In this document: one piece after another, positions 1-9,057 of the stretch
How positions within the stretch are numbered: the first letter of the stretch is position 1
How the letters are laid out: the number at the start of each line of letters is the position of its first letter
The notes under the pieces: model-generated
The model's input: only the letters and a program-made list of their open reading frames with translations
Told to the model about the DNA's origin: nothing
The model's database searches: none
Virus record (IMG/VR): IMGVR_UViG_3300025030_000126
Span: 1 to 56,768 of that record
DNA: 56,768 nucleotides
Strand: one strand, 5' to 3'
Origin: a virus
Lineage: Duplodnaviria; Caudoviricetes
Made by a program: the position numbers and the translations under genes

Positions 1-8
1 CCTGCATC

Positions 9-272
9 ATGCAGGTAGGCTTTTCCGGCGAGTACGTGGACAAGTGCGTAAAGGTGGAATGCACCCCGCAAGAAGCCCTCGCCCTGCTCAATCATAAAGG
101 CATCGTTGCTTCCTGCGAAGGATCAAGGCATGCCGACTTCATGCGCGAGACCAGCGGGCGGCACGGGTTCCTTGCATGGTTCTCTAACGGTCACACGCTC
201 ACTATCGGAATAGGGACCGACGCCAAAAGCAACCCGATTGCATCCTGCCTGCTGGCAGACTGGAGGAAGTAG
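9..272 (+). CDS. hypothetical phage protein (possibly 5'-truncated)
   Basis: ORF in a chain of abutting + strand ORFs. Confidence 0.55.
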   Translation: MQVGFSGEYVDKCVKVECTPQEALALLNHKGIVASCEGSRHADFMRETSGRHGFLAWFSNGHTLTIGIGTDAKSNPIASCLLADWRK

Positions 273-274
273 CC

Positions 275-499
275 ATGAGCAAGAAGATGACGAACTCAGA
301 GTATGCAGCGTCTAAAGGCATTACGCTGGAACAGCTCAGAACCGAAAGCATGGCATTCTTGCAGTGCGAAGGCTATGACGATGCAGGTAACGAGTACGAG
401 ACCCTTGACGCATGGCTTGACCGCAAAGCCCCAAAAGAGACTATGGACCCCGTAGACGGTGGGCGGGGAGTCGGTCAGTATGGTAAGGATGACGAATGA
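275..499 (+). CDS. hypothetical phage protein
   Basis: GGAGG upstream; ATGA overlap with next ORF. Confidence 0.7.
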   Translation: MSKKMTNSEYAASKGITLEQLRTESMAFLQCEGYDDAGNEYETLDAWLDRKAPKETMDPVDGGRGVGQYGKDDE

Positions 500-711
500 G
501 AATACCAGAGGGATTGCTGATGATGAGATGTTTTGCCTGCCGCGTACTCCGCACCATCAGGGCTTTCTTGTCCGTGCTCTCCGATGAGCGGGGCAAATGG
601 CGAGTCATCTTTCCTGGCGGCCTGAAAACGTATTGGCTTCCCTATTCGAAGGCTAAACATCTTCATGTGTTCGGCGGCGGCAGGCTGATATTTAGAGGGG
701 ATGAGGAATAA
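496..711 (+). CDS. hypothetical phage protein
   Basis: Translationally coupled on both sides (ATGA, TAATG). Confidence 0.6.
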   Translation: MRIPEGLLMMRCFACRVLRTIRAFLSVLSDERGKWRVIFPGGLKTYWLPYSKAKHLHVFGGGRLIFRGDEE

Positions 712-1076
712 TGCGACTTTTCGAGGAAATCCCACGGGTCAAGTTTGAAGTTGGCGCAGTCTACGAGCAACCGGAGACTGGAGCAAAGCGAAAGCTGCTT
801 TCGATCTACACCCGCAGGGGCAAGAAGCACGTCACCTACGAGGTCGTCACCCCGGACCCGCGCTATGGGGGCAAGGGCAACTTCGCACACCCTGGAGCGG
901 AACGCCACGTACTGTTCCACGCCTTCCAGAACTGGTTCACTGGCAACGACAACAGGAAATACATGCAGCAAGGAGCCCAACATGGAAACCGTCAAAACCG
1001 TAATGATGATCCCCGCCGACCCGCGCAACGGGAAGCCGCTTGTCACCTCAGCCATGAAAGCAGCTTGCATTGGTGA
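711..1076 (+). CDS. hypothetical phage protein
   Basis: GAGGA RBS, TAATG coupling; 3' end overlaps next gene. Confidence 0.55.
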   Translation: MRLFEEIPRVKFEVGAVYEQPETGAKRKLLSIYTRRGKKHVTYEVVTPDPRYGGKGNFAHPGAERHVLFHAFQNWFTGNDNRKYMQQGAQHGNRQNRNDDPRRPAQREAACHLSHESSLHW

Positions 1077-1374
1077 ATTCAGCGTTGAGCGGGAAGCGGC
1101 ATGCCCTTCCTGCTACTTTGAGGGCGAGGTGCCAGAACAGGGATGCACCATCTGCGGCGGGACCCTTACCTATACCGAAAAGATCGACGTCCCATGGGAC
1201 ACCATGAAGGACATCTACAAGATGATGGCGAACGTGGCCGCGAGCGGGATCACCGCCCCGGTGCAGCCCCCCGTGTTCACTGTCGGGTTCGACCCTCCGA
1301 TGAAGGGCGACCATGCAGCAGTAGCAATCAGGATTGGCGAGCAGTTGGCCGTCTTCACCGTGAAACCCCAATGA
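982..1374 (+). CDS. phage Zn-finger protein (CxxC..CxxC, GEFS...VPW..K.IYK type)
   Basis: AAGGAG RBS before ATG 982; CPSC/CTIC pairs in a motif common among phage accessory proteins. Confidence 0.7.
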   Translation: METVKTVMMIPADPRNGKPLVTSAMKAACIGEFSVEREAACPSCYFEGEVPEQGCTICGGTLTYTEKIDVPWDTMKDIYKMMANVAASGITAPVQPPVFTVGFDPPMKGDHAAVAIRIGEQLAVFTVKPQ

Positions 1375-1622
1375 ATTGCCCGGACTGCGGCACGACAACC
1401 AAGGTCATCAATACGCGACAGCACGCCACGCGCCGGTATCGGCGGCACGAGTGCGGGAACGGGCACAGGTTCACCACATGGGAACTGTTTGAAGCGGAAC
1501 TGCTCACCCTTGACGGTACCATCCCCCGCGAGCGCATAGCCGAGGCCGTAACGGCAGCTCTCCCGGAATTAATCGAGTCGATAGCTACGCGGTTGGCAAC
1601 AGCCAGCCACAGAGAGGGTTAG
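1371..1622 (+). CDS. Zn-ribbon protein, NrdR N-terminal-like (putative transcription regulator)
   Basis: MNCPDCG...TR....RRHEC..GHRFTTWE; ATGA overlap. Confidence 0.75.
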   Translation: MNCPDCGTTTKVINTRQHATRRYRRHECGNGHRFTTWELFEAELLTLDGTIPRERIAEAVTAALPELIESIATRLATASHREG

Positions 1623-1625
1623 GCC

Positions 1626-1781
1626 ATGAGCGAGAAAGCGGAATCGTACCAGTTTAACGAGAGAGGCGAAGTCCACTGTTGCCAGTGCCCGCTATTCAGC
1701 GTAAAGGATGTCCCTTGCAAGCACAAGCTGAAGGGTAAGCCTTGCCCGACGCGGGAGAGCATGGCAGCGGAGGCCGCATAG
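1626..1781 (+). CDS. small Cys-rich hypothetical protein (51 aa)
   Basis: Read manually: MSEKAESYQFNERGEVHCCQCP...; fills the gap and couples to GTG 1781. Confidence 0.5.
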   Translation: MSEKAESYQFNERGEVHCCQCPLFSVKDVPCKHKLKGKPCPTRESMAAEAA

Positions 1782-2308
1782 TGAGCGCGGCGGCCAAGGT
1801 GTGCCCTTGCGGGCGAGAAATAACCAAAGACCAGTGGGCCGTAGAAACCCCGGCGCAGCATGCCGAGCGCCTGGAGTCAGGGCGATGCCGAGCAAAGTGT
1901 AAGCGGCTTTTCCCGGCTGGCAAAGCGGAGCGCGGGAAGCCTAGCCTGCCCGATTCCATCCCCATTTCGTCATTGGTGGGGGAGGGTATTGTTCTGAGGC
2001 CGCAGCCAAAGGAGCAACCTTGGCGTTCTGAGTCCTACAGAGACTTCATACGCACGCAGATATGCCTCAACCCGGATTGTCGTTCAGGTATGCAGTCTGA
2101 GGCACACCACGAGCAGGAAGTGGGGCACGGCGGCAAGGCGACTCTCTGCGACGACTCCCGGACCCTCCCCCTGTGCCCCTTGTGTCATGTACCGATCAGG
2201 CACCACTACGGGCGTTCCATTTGGCGTAAATGGAAGATCGACCCGGAACAGATGATTCTGCACTTCAACGAGCTTTGGATGAGACAAGGAGGGGTTATAA
2301 AATCATGA
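1781..2308 (+). CDS. HNH-fold nuclease, DUF968/Ref-like
   Basis: WRSESYRDFIRTQIC..C...EAHH...DDSRTLPLCPLCH...H signature; start taken at GTG 1781. Confidence 0.7.
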   Translation: MSAAAKVCPCGREITKDQWAVETPAQHAERLESGRCRAKCKRLFPAGKAERGKPSLPDSIPISSLVGEGIVLRPQPKEQPWRSESYRDFIRTQICLNPDCRSGMQSEAHHEQEVGHGGKATLCDDSRTLPLCPLCHVPIRHHYGRSIWRKWKIDPEQMILHFNELWMRQGGVIKS

Positions 2309-3255
2309 AACGGTATAGCGCGGTAGAACTGGAGACCCTGCTGAAGGGCACCACAGAAGGCATTTGGAGCGAGGGCCGTATAGCGACCGTCTTCAGGTCG
2401 TCATCGTTCAACCGGACCCAAAGCGTGCTGATGGCACAGGTGAAAGGGGACGACGGTATCGCCCCCAGCGACCACGCCAGGGCGAATGGCATCCTGATGG
2501 CGATGGCCCGGAACTTTGCCATGGAGTTGCTGGACTATAAGCTCCATCGCTACGGGCAAGAGGACTGCTCCGGCTGCTCCGACCGCGACGCGGAGATCGA
2601 GAAACTGAAGGAGCGCGTGGCGTGGTTGGAGTCACAGAATGACTTTGACGCCAAGCGCCTGCGCCGTCTCGCTACGCTTTGCGGGGTATCAATCCCCGAG
2701 TCCGACGAGACCCTGCTGAACTGCGCCGGGACAGTGCTAGGCTCCATCATAAGAGGGGTTGAGGCAAGGGCGAATCAGTCTCAGGACACCCTGCACAAAG
2801 CCTTTCAGGTGATTCGCAGTAAAAAGGAACAGTTTGACCTCATCTACGCGGAGAACCTGCGTCTGAAGGAGTCGCTGCGCCCGGATCAGGTAGGCGATGC
2901 CATAAGAGAGGCAGCTTCCGACGTGGCGCTCGCCAAGGCCCGTGAACTGGAGTGCAAGGACTGCCAGCAGATCAACTTCCACGAGGACTGCCATGCCGTG
3001 CAGGAGAAGACCGCCGTCCGGTGCGTGGAGATTGCCGCGACCTTTAACGACGGCCATTATCCCCTTGGGATGCAAGCCCGGATAGCGGCAGCGATCAGGG
3101 AAGAGTTTGGGGTTGAGGATGGCGGCATTTGCCCTGAATGCAGATCCGACAGCACCATCACAACCGAGACCGCCAGCGGGGTCCAGGGCGACGGCCAAGA
3201 AGTTGGAGTCACAACCTATCTCTGCCTGCCGTGCAGAAACGTTTGGAGCGAATAG
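2305..3255 (+). CDS. Ead/Ea22-like mosaic phage protein with coiled coils and C-terminal Zn ribbon
   Basis: GGAGG RBS; N-terminal T.G.W...ANG.LMA pattern; CPEC/CLPC at C-terminus. Confidence 0.6.
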   Translation: MKRYSAVELETLLKGTTEGIWSEGRIATVFRSSSFNRTQSVLMAQVKGDDGIAPSDHARANGILMAMARNFAMELLDYKLHRYGQEDCSGCSDRDAEIEKLKERVAWLESQNDFDAKRLRRLATLCGVSIPESDETLLNCAGTVLGSIIRGVEARANQSQDTLHKAFQVIRSKKEQFDLIYAENLRLKESLRPDQVGDAIREAASDVALAKARELECKDCQQINFHEDCHAVQEKTAVRCVEIAATFNDGHYPLGMQARIAAAIREEFGVEDGGICPECRSDSTITTETASGVQGDGQEVGVTTYLCLPCRNVWSE

Positions 3256-3257
3256 CC

Positions 3258-3743
3258 ATGGATAAAGAGACTCAGTTCAAAGAGATAGTAGAGGCGCGGG
3301 GCGACGGCAAAATGGTTTCCTTGAGCAGTCATCCCCTCCCCGGAGAGTACGTCATCACCAGCATCCAAGCCGGGAACCTTCGCGGGGAGCGCGGCTGGGG
3401 CTTCTACATCGGCTACGTCGTGCAGGTCCGTAAGCAGGCAGGGGCTTTTGGCAGCGACATGATCCTGCTCCGGCACCCGGACGGCACCCTGATGCGCCAC
3501 GAGAACCAATCCTTCTACCGGATGCGCCCGGACTGGGAAGAGAAGGCCAAGGCGCTCTTTAACGAGGGAATCACCCCGGAGATGGAAGACTACACCCAGC
3601 CCTACACGCTGGGCAACGGGGAGTACCCGGAGACCGGGGCGATCATCGAGCCCAACAATAACGGCCCGGAGCCGGACAACAGCCCCATGGCATCCATCAC
3701 CATCACCCACGGAGACGGCAGTAAGACAGTGGAGGTATGCTGA
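3258..3743 (+). CDS. hypothetical phage protein
   Basis: GGAG RBS before ATG 3258; strong GC3 bias. Confidence 0.75.
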   Translation: MDKETQFKEIVEARGDGKMVSLSSHPLPGEYVITSIQAGNLRGERGWGFYIGYVVQVRKQAGAFGSDMILLRHPDGTLMRHENQSFYRMRPDWEEKAKALFNEGITPEMEDYTQPYTLGNGEYPETGAIIEPNNNGPEPDNSPMASITITHGDGSKTVEVC

Positions 3744-4402
3744 TGGCCGAGAACGTCAAGATTTTTGTGGTTTGCCTCGCATCCCTCAAGAAGTTCCGGG
3801 CGCATGCGGTCTATAACGGCGAGACCTTGGTAATCGGGATGGTCCAGCAGATTGAAGCGACCGGCATCTTCGGCAAATGGAAGGCTCCCCTGATTAAGGA
3901 GATCGAAGAGAGGAAGGCAGACGGGTACATCGTTCTTGTCGAGGAAAAGACGGACTACATATCTCAGTACGCAACGCAGTACCTCCTTGAGGAGTTGAAC
4001 GACGATCACGAAGGCTCCAGGCGGTCCAACTATTTCGATGCACTCGACTGGTTCTTTGCGCTTGCCGACACCGGCAACATTGTGTTCCATTCCGACTGCG
4101 CTCAATTCAACATTAACGCCGTCAGCGAGGGCGGCATGGTTGACCGGCAGAATGACGACAAGGGCCGGAGCGTCTATAAGGTGGACTGGAAGCGGTTCAA
4201 CGGTGGTTTCCGCGCAGTTCTGCTGTGCGTCGTGGCTGCCCTCTACGAACCCCTTTCCGAGCGGTTCCTTGACGTGATGTTCCAGGCCGACGAGCGGGCG
4301 CACGTCATAGCGAACCCCGCGCTGAAGATGCGGGCGCTGATCCATGATATGAACGTGTCGAAAGGAAAGGAACTGGAGAAGATCAGGGAGGGGATGTCAT
4401 GA
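3737..4402 (+). CDS. P1 Pmg-type putative morphogenetic protein (PmgP-like, exact paralog uncertain)
   Basis: VLVEE..D and KG..VY.VDW......R.VLLC pattern resembles a recalled P1 pmg gene upstream of gene 26. Confidence 0.55.
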   Translation: MLMAENVKIFVVCLASLKKFRAHAVYNGETLVIGMVQQIEATGIFGKWKAPLIKEIEERKADGYIVLVEEKTDYISQYATQYLLEELNDDHEGSRRSNYFDALDWFFALADTGNIVFHSDCAQFNINAVSEGGMVDRQNDDKGRSVYKVDWKRFNGGFRAVLLCVVAALYEPLSERFLDVMFQADERAHVIANPALKMRALIHDMNVSKGKELEKIREGMS

Positions 4403-4713
4403 CGGGCGCTCAATTCCCAAGCAGAAAAAAGGATTTACTGGTAGAGGTGTTTTTTATAGGCGCAGGCACTCCCCCGTTTATTTGCGGGGTAGACGGCCAC
4501 GCGACTACGAATGTGCTCGAAGAGATCGAAACCATGCTAGTGGATGAAGCCGATCTCGCCGAATACACCACTTTCGAGAAAGGAGAGGGGACCTACCTGT
4601 TCAAGGCGGTTCACGAGCCTGCCGACGAAGGATGTTCTGCTTACTGGGAGTTGGAACAGATAGCATTCGAGCCGACCCCCGCGCCCGATCTTGGAGAAGA
4701 CGACAGGGGGTAG
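4399..4713 (+). CDS. acidic hypothetical protein
   Basis: GGAGG RBS, ATGA overlap. Confidence 0.65.
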   Translation: MTGAQFPSRKKDLLVEVFFIGAGTPPFICGVDGHATTNVLEEIETMLVDEADLAEYTTFEKGEGTYLFKAVHEPADEGCSAYWELEQIAFEPTPAPDLGEDDRG

Positions 4714-4714
4714 T

Positions 4715-4888
4715 ATGCCGACTTGCTCTAAGGATCACCCCATCAACATCATTTGCCTTGACCGATGCTGCTACTTTGGAGAGCGCAACCCTCTCGTGAG
4801 GTTGCAGCGCCGTTTGGACCGAGTAGACAACGAGAACAAGCGGTTGAAGGCCCTTTGGGACAAGCGAACGGCAACCAAGGCAGGATAG
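4715..4888 (+). CDS. small hypothetical protein (Cys-rich + coiled coil)
   Basis: ATG 1 nt after previous stop. Confidence 0.5.
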   Translation: MPTCSKDHPINIICLDRCCYFGERNPLVRLQRRLDRVDNENKRLKALWDKRTATKAG

Positions 4889-5079
4889 GGAGGCAAAATT
4901 GAGTTACGGAGCACCCGAAAGCGTGGCCGTGGCAATGCCATGGAAAACCGAAACAGTGTGGTGCCCGTTCTGCGCGTCAGTATGGGTAACAGTCTTCATT
5001 CACGGTTCAAAGCTGCTTGAGTGTCCTGGCTGTCATAGGGATGTGACAGTAAGACTCGTTGGCAGGGCTTAAAATTGTC

Positions 5080-5108
5080 TTGTCAAGCAAAAATAAAAGC
5101 GTTAGAGT
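5080..5108 (+). promoter_or_regulatory. putative sigma70-type promoter
   Basis: TTGTCA-N17-TAGAGT in an AT-rich gap upstream of ORF 5131. Confidence 0.45.
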
Positions 5109-5130
5109 GCCGCAAACATGAGGTCATGCT

Positions 5131-5730
5131 ATGACTTACCCCAAGAAAGACGAAATGTGGTTTACTGGCATTGCCCGCGCCGAGCAGTTCTGCAACGCCA
5201 ACGGCCTAGTGGTGCCGCATTTTGTCCGTAAGGAAGAGAAGGATTGGCCCTTCGGGACCTGCGCCTACTACCGCATGACCCCTGATGGAAAAGGCAAGGT
5301 TGTCGGCTGCGTGAAAAAGATGGCTCATGTTGGAGTTGCGGCGGCGGCATGGTCTTACCCCGGATACATTGCCGATAGGACTCCCTTCGGAGTCATCGCC
5401 CACGAGATTGGGCACCATGTTGACTGTCTCATGGGGGAAGAAAGGGGACATACCTATTTTTCTGACTTCAGCAAACGCATAAAGGCGGAAAGCGGAGAAA
5501 AGCCGATTACCAGCTATGCCCCCAATGATGCGGAATGGTTTGCTGAGATGATGCGCCTCTTTATAACCAACCCCAACCTGCTCCGGGAGATCCGCCCTAA
5601 AACTTTCGACATCCTTTTGCGCGAGGGTTTGCAGACAGTGGAAGAGAGATGCTGGACGGAAGTGCTCAAAGATGCCCCGGAGCGTACCTACCAACAGGCT
5701 CTAAAGAAAGCATTAGGCAAACTCACATGA
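5131..5730 (+). CDS. zincin-like metallopeptidase (MPTase/lethal-factor-like)
   Basis: HEIGH motif followed by ITSYA...EWFAE. Confidence 0.8.
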   Translation: MTYPKKDEMWFTGIARAEQFCNANGLVVPHFVRKEEKDWPFGTCAYYRMTPDGKGKVVGCVKKMAHVGVAAAAWSYPGYIADRTPFGVIAHEIGHHVDCLMGEERGHTYFSDFSKRIKAESGEKPITSYAPNDAEWFAEMMRLFITNPNLLREIRPKTFDILLREGLQTVEERCWTEVLKDAPERTYQQALKKALGKLT

Positions 5731-6038
5731 CCATTTCCCGCCTCTCCCCCTACAACATCCCCGATGACCTTGTTCGTTCCGACCTGTACCGGGAAATCCG
5801 CATCGGCCAGACGGCGGATAACGACTGGTTCCTGCACGAGATACAGCCCGACGAAATACTGATGCCGGAGTTGATAGCATACCGCCGCTACCAGACGGTA
5901 GAGACAAAGTGGATCATCCTCGTGGCCGCAGGACTGGACGACATGCGCGAGGCCATGGAGTCCGGCAGCACGATAAAGCTCCCCCCGGTCGTCTGGATCA
6001 GGGAGAGGATCAAGTTCTATGCCGGGGAGACCGAGTAG
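5727..6038 (+). CDS. gp26: baseplate protein, P1 gp26-like
   Basis: PDE..MPELIAYR.Y.....W...AAGL.D......G..IKLPP..WIRE; synteny with gp25. Confidence 0.88.
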   Translation: MTISRLSPYNIPDDLVRSDLYREIRIGQTADNDWFLHEIQPDEILMPELIAYRRYQTVETKWIILVAAGLDDMREAMESGSTIKLPPVVWIRERIKFYAGETE

Positions 6039-7232
6039 ATGCCCGTAAAGCAGATTACCCGGATGGCAGAAGATGACAAGCAGCTTCGCTTGTTCGAACG
6101 GCGATGGAAGGCCGCGAACAGCCGCACCGTCAAATCCCGCGAAACGGAACCCGTCCAGAAGTTCCTCACCGAAGAACTTCTCCGGGACCGCAAATCCCTC
6201 ACCAAGAACGGCAGGCAGAACCTTGTGCTTCAGTACGGCTCTTCCGGCCAAGTGGAGTACACCCTTGCCGAGCTGAACGCCATGGCGAAGAAACTCTTCG
6301 CCGCTGAAGACAAGTTCGGCACCAACGTCCGGGGTGTGAAAGTCGGCGACTTGTTGAGGTCTTCTCTGACAATCGACAAGGCGCGGTCAAAGAAGATCAG
6401 GAGCGCAGCCCTTTACAAGGTGGCAGGCAACACCCTGTTCTTCCAGACGGCATCCAGCGGTGAAACGCCAGGGGCACCCTCTCATTACGTTGTCAGGATT
6501 CGCCTCGAAGACTGGGGCACCGCGATCAGGCGAGGGGAGGGGAAGAACTACTACCCTGCGGCGATCAAGGCCGCCATGGGGAACATCTCCTTCGACTGCT
6601 CGTGTGGGCGGCATCAATACTGGTACCGCTACCTCGCCACTATCGGCGGGTTCAACCTGATGCCTGAAGAGCTGGTATTCCCGAAAATCCGCAACCCGAA
6701 GCTCAAAGGGGCATGCTGCAAGCATACCCTGAAGACCATCATGACCATGCAGGGTCCTGTCATGTTGACCCGCATTGCGGCAGAGATGGAGAAACAGGCG
6801 CAGAAGACCAACTTCGAAGAGGGCCGGGGCAAGTTCGTCAAGGCCGATGAGGCCGAAAAGCTCCGGGCTCAGTCGGAAAAGATGAAGATGACCTCCGCGT
6901 TCAAGGCTTTCAAGAAGGCGCAAGCTGCTTTCGAGGAAAAGCAGAACAGCGCGGCAGCCAAGAAGGCTATAGCGGGGCTACGGGAAAGGAACGATGCCGC
7001 GATGAGACAGATCATCCAAGAGAAGCAGGCCGCCGAGGCCATAGCGAAGAAGGAAATACAAAAGAATAGGCAGTTGCAAGCGGATATTGTCAAAAGCAAA
7101 TTGGCGACAGCATTCAACGTGGGTGTGCGGTTCAAAGTTTCTAAGGAAGATATCATCAAAGGGTTTGCTGAGGATGAAAAACTTTCTGTCGAGGACGTAA
7201 CCGAGATAGCCAAAGAGGGTCGCTTGATATGA
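6039..7232 (+). CDS. gp25: tail-associated protein, P1 gp25-like (SWIM-type Zn finger)
   Basis: SFDCSCGRHQYWYRYLAT...FPKIRNP.L.GACCKH motif. Confidence 0.9.
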   Translation: MPVKQITRMAEDDKQLRLFERRWKAANSRTVKSRETEPVQKFLTEELLRDRKSLTKNGRQNLVLQYGSSGQVEYTLAELNAMAKKLFAAEDKFGTNVRGVKVGDLLRSSLTIDKARSKKIRSAALYKVAGNTLFFQTASSGETPGAPSHYVVRIRLEDWGTAIRRGEGKNYYPAAIKAAMGNISFDCSCGRHQYWYRYLATIGGFNLMPEELVFPKIRNPKLKGACCKHTLKTIMTMQGPVMLTRIAAEMEKQAQKTNFEEGRGKFVKADEAEKLRAQSEKMKMTSAFKAFKKAQAAFEEKQNSAAAKKAIAGLRERNDAAMRQIIQEKQAAEAIAKKEIQKNRQLQADIVKSKLATAFNVGVRFKVSKEDIIKGFAEDEKLSVEDVTEIAKEGRLI

Positions 7233-8275
7233 TATACCGGCATTTAAAGCTTAAATTGACGAAAGTACAAGAAGAGTCTGTCCATAGGTGGATTCCTAGC
7301 CTGACCTCAATATGGAATTGGGCAATTTGTAAAATAGAGAATGATTCGAAAGGGGGCATCTACTACTCGCAGAAAGAGTTCCAAAACATATTATGCGGGA
7401 CCAGTAAAGTCCTCAATATACCGAGCCACACAGTTCAAGGCGTGTTAATTTCTGCCCACATGGCATGGCAGATGTGTTATAAGAAGGCGGCTAAAAAACC
7501 AAGATTCAAGGGCAACCGCAACCGTCTCAACAGTATCCCGTTCCCCGACCCGTTCCGAGTACCAAAGGATAACAGAATCACGGTCCCAGGTTTGGGCAGG
7601 GTTCGTTACCACAAGCAAGATATCCCAGAGGGCAAGATCAAATGCGGCAGGGTCGTCAAGCGGGCCTCCGGCTGGTACCTTTGCCTATTCATTGATGCTG
7701 AACCTGCAAAAATATCTGGAACAGGCGAGGGGGCCGTTGGCATCGACCCCGGCTATAAGCACCTGCTCACCCTCTCAACTGGGGAGAAAGTCGCCCATCC
7801 GAAAGAGTTGCAGCACAGCATCAAGCGTATTGGACAAGCCCAGCGTGGTGGTAATAAACGACTTGTAGCCAGACTTAACGAACGTATTGCTAACCAACGG
7901 AAGGACCGAAACCATAAACTATCCCATCGTTTAGTTGCAGAGAATGCAGTTATTGCTTTCAGTAAAGACAACATCAAGGGTCTGTCTCGTGCAGGCTTTG
8001 GGAAGTCCGTGGCAGCAGCAGGTCATGGGCAGTTCCGATTAATGTTGGCGTACAAGAGCCGTGCAGGCGGTCGTCAATACATCGAAGTTCCCAGTAAAGG
8101 TTCCACTAGGACCTGTTCAACTTGCGGTGCCAGTACCGGGCCTCAAGGGCGAGCAGGACTATCGGTAAGGCAATGGACGTGTTCGGCGTGTGGGACGCCT
8201 CATGATCGCGACGTGAACGCCGCGATCAACACGCTCAATGCTGCGCTCGGAATGAGCGTCGAGAGGGCCATTTAA
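7229..8275 (+). CDS. tnpB: IS200/IS605-family TnpB RNA-guided nuclease homolog (RuvC-II Glu replaced)
   Basis: GIDPG (RuvC-I), CSTC/CSAC Zn ribbon, HDRDVNAAIN (RuvC-III); lower GC than flanks; no tnpA. Confidence 0.93.
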   Translation: MIYRHLKLKLTKVQEESVHRWIPSLTSIWNWAICKIENDSKGGIYYSQKEFQNILCGTSKVLNIPSHTVQGVLISAHMAWQMCYKKAAKKPRFKGNRNRLNSIPFPDPFRVPKDNRITVPGLGRVRYHKQDIPEGKIKCGRVVKRASGWYLCLFIDAEPAKISGTGEGAVGIDPGYKHLLTLSTGEKVAHPKELQHSIKRIGQAQRGGNKRLVARLNERIANQRKDRNHKLSHRLVAENAVIAFSKDNIKGLSRAGFGKSVAAAGHGQFRLMLAYKSRAGGRQYIEVPSKGSTRTCSTCGASTGPQGRAGLSVRQWTCSACGTPHDRDVNAAINTLNAALGMSVERAI

Positions 8276-8331
8276 GGCCCGTCTGAAACCTCAGATTGTC
8301 GAGAGAGTTCAAAAAGCAGTGGTCCGGGACC
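8225..8331 (+). ncRNA. putative TnpB omegaRNA/reRNA 3' scaffold, right end (…GAGTTCA, ~8311) and guide
   Basis: Short hairpins GGGCC..GGCCC and TCTGA-AACC-TCAGA after tnpB, ending in TTCA(A) as in IS605 right ends; 5' boundary unknown. Confidence 0.5.
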
Positions 8332-8359
8332 GCATACATCCTTCGACAGGGAAGCAAAT

Positions 8360-8581
8360 ATGGCTTGCGACATGACGATAAAAATCGAGCACATCCAGAC
8401 TTCTAGATCCAGCTTGGACTTCCAAGAGTTCGCACGTTACGTAGAGCGCACTGTGATGGCAACGTTATCGTCTGCGCCCAAAACGGACGGGCAGGAGGTG
8501 TACGGCGTGTCCCCTTTTTCGCAAATCCCCCGTGACATGCTGCCCCTTATGTTGCCCGCGCAGGCAAGGAGACCTCGATGA
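8360..8581 (+). CDS. hypothetical protein
   Basis: ATGA overlap with gp7. Confidence 0.45.
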   Translation: MACDMTIKIEHIQTSRSSLDFQEFARYVERTVMATLSSAPKTDGQEVYGVSPFSQIPRDMLPLMLPAQARRPR

Positions 8582-9057
8582 TACCCCGCGACTACCGAGC
8601 CACCGGCAATGCCCTCACCGCCGACATCAACACCACTATCACCTATCACCCGGACAGCTTCGAGTGCCTGCTTTACAGGGCCGATTTGTCAGCCCCGGAA
8701 ACGGTAGCGAGCAATGCCGATGTTGTGGGTTCCATGGAGACATCGGAGCGTGCCGTCACCTATCTGGACCCCGTGGAAGCGCGGGCGATGCGGGTCGTGG
8801 AAGGCCCGTTCTTCCAGTCGGCCACCAATGCGGGCGATGGCCCTGACGGCAACCTCGACCAGCCGCTGGTTCTGGTACTCAATCTGGAACCGGTGCCGGA
8901 GCAGTCCATCATCCAATATGAAGAGATGATCGGCGAGGACGACCGGAGGATGGTGAGCGTCTATGTCGTAAAGAGCGACCTGATAGGGTCCATTCCAGGC
9001 GGCAAAGAGCGCCACTACTGCATCCCGTTCAAAAGCATCGAAGGGGAGGCCCCGTGA
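8578..9057 (+). CDS. gp7: neck/connector protein, P1 gp7-like
   Basis: PDSF.CLLY ... V.Y.D ... VP..SI....E ... YCIP pattern; synteny 25-7-24. Confidence 0.8.
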   Translation: MIPRDYRATGNALTADINTTITYHPDSFECLLYRADLSAPETVASNADVVGSMETSERAVTYLDPVEARAMRVVEGPFFQSATNAGDGPDGNLDQPLVLVLNLEPVPEQSIIQYEEMIGEDDRRMVSVYVVKSDLIGSIPGGKERHYCIPFKSIEGEAP

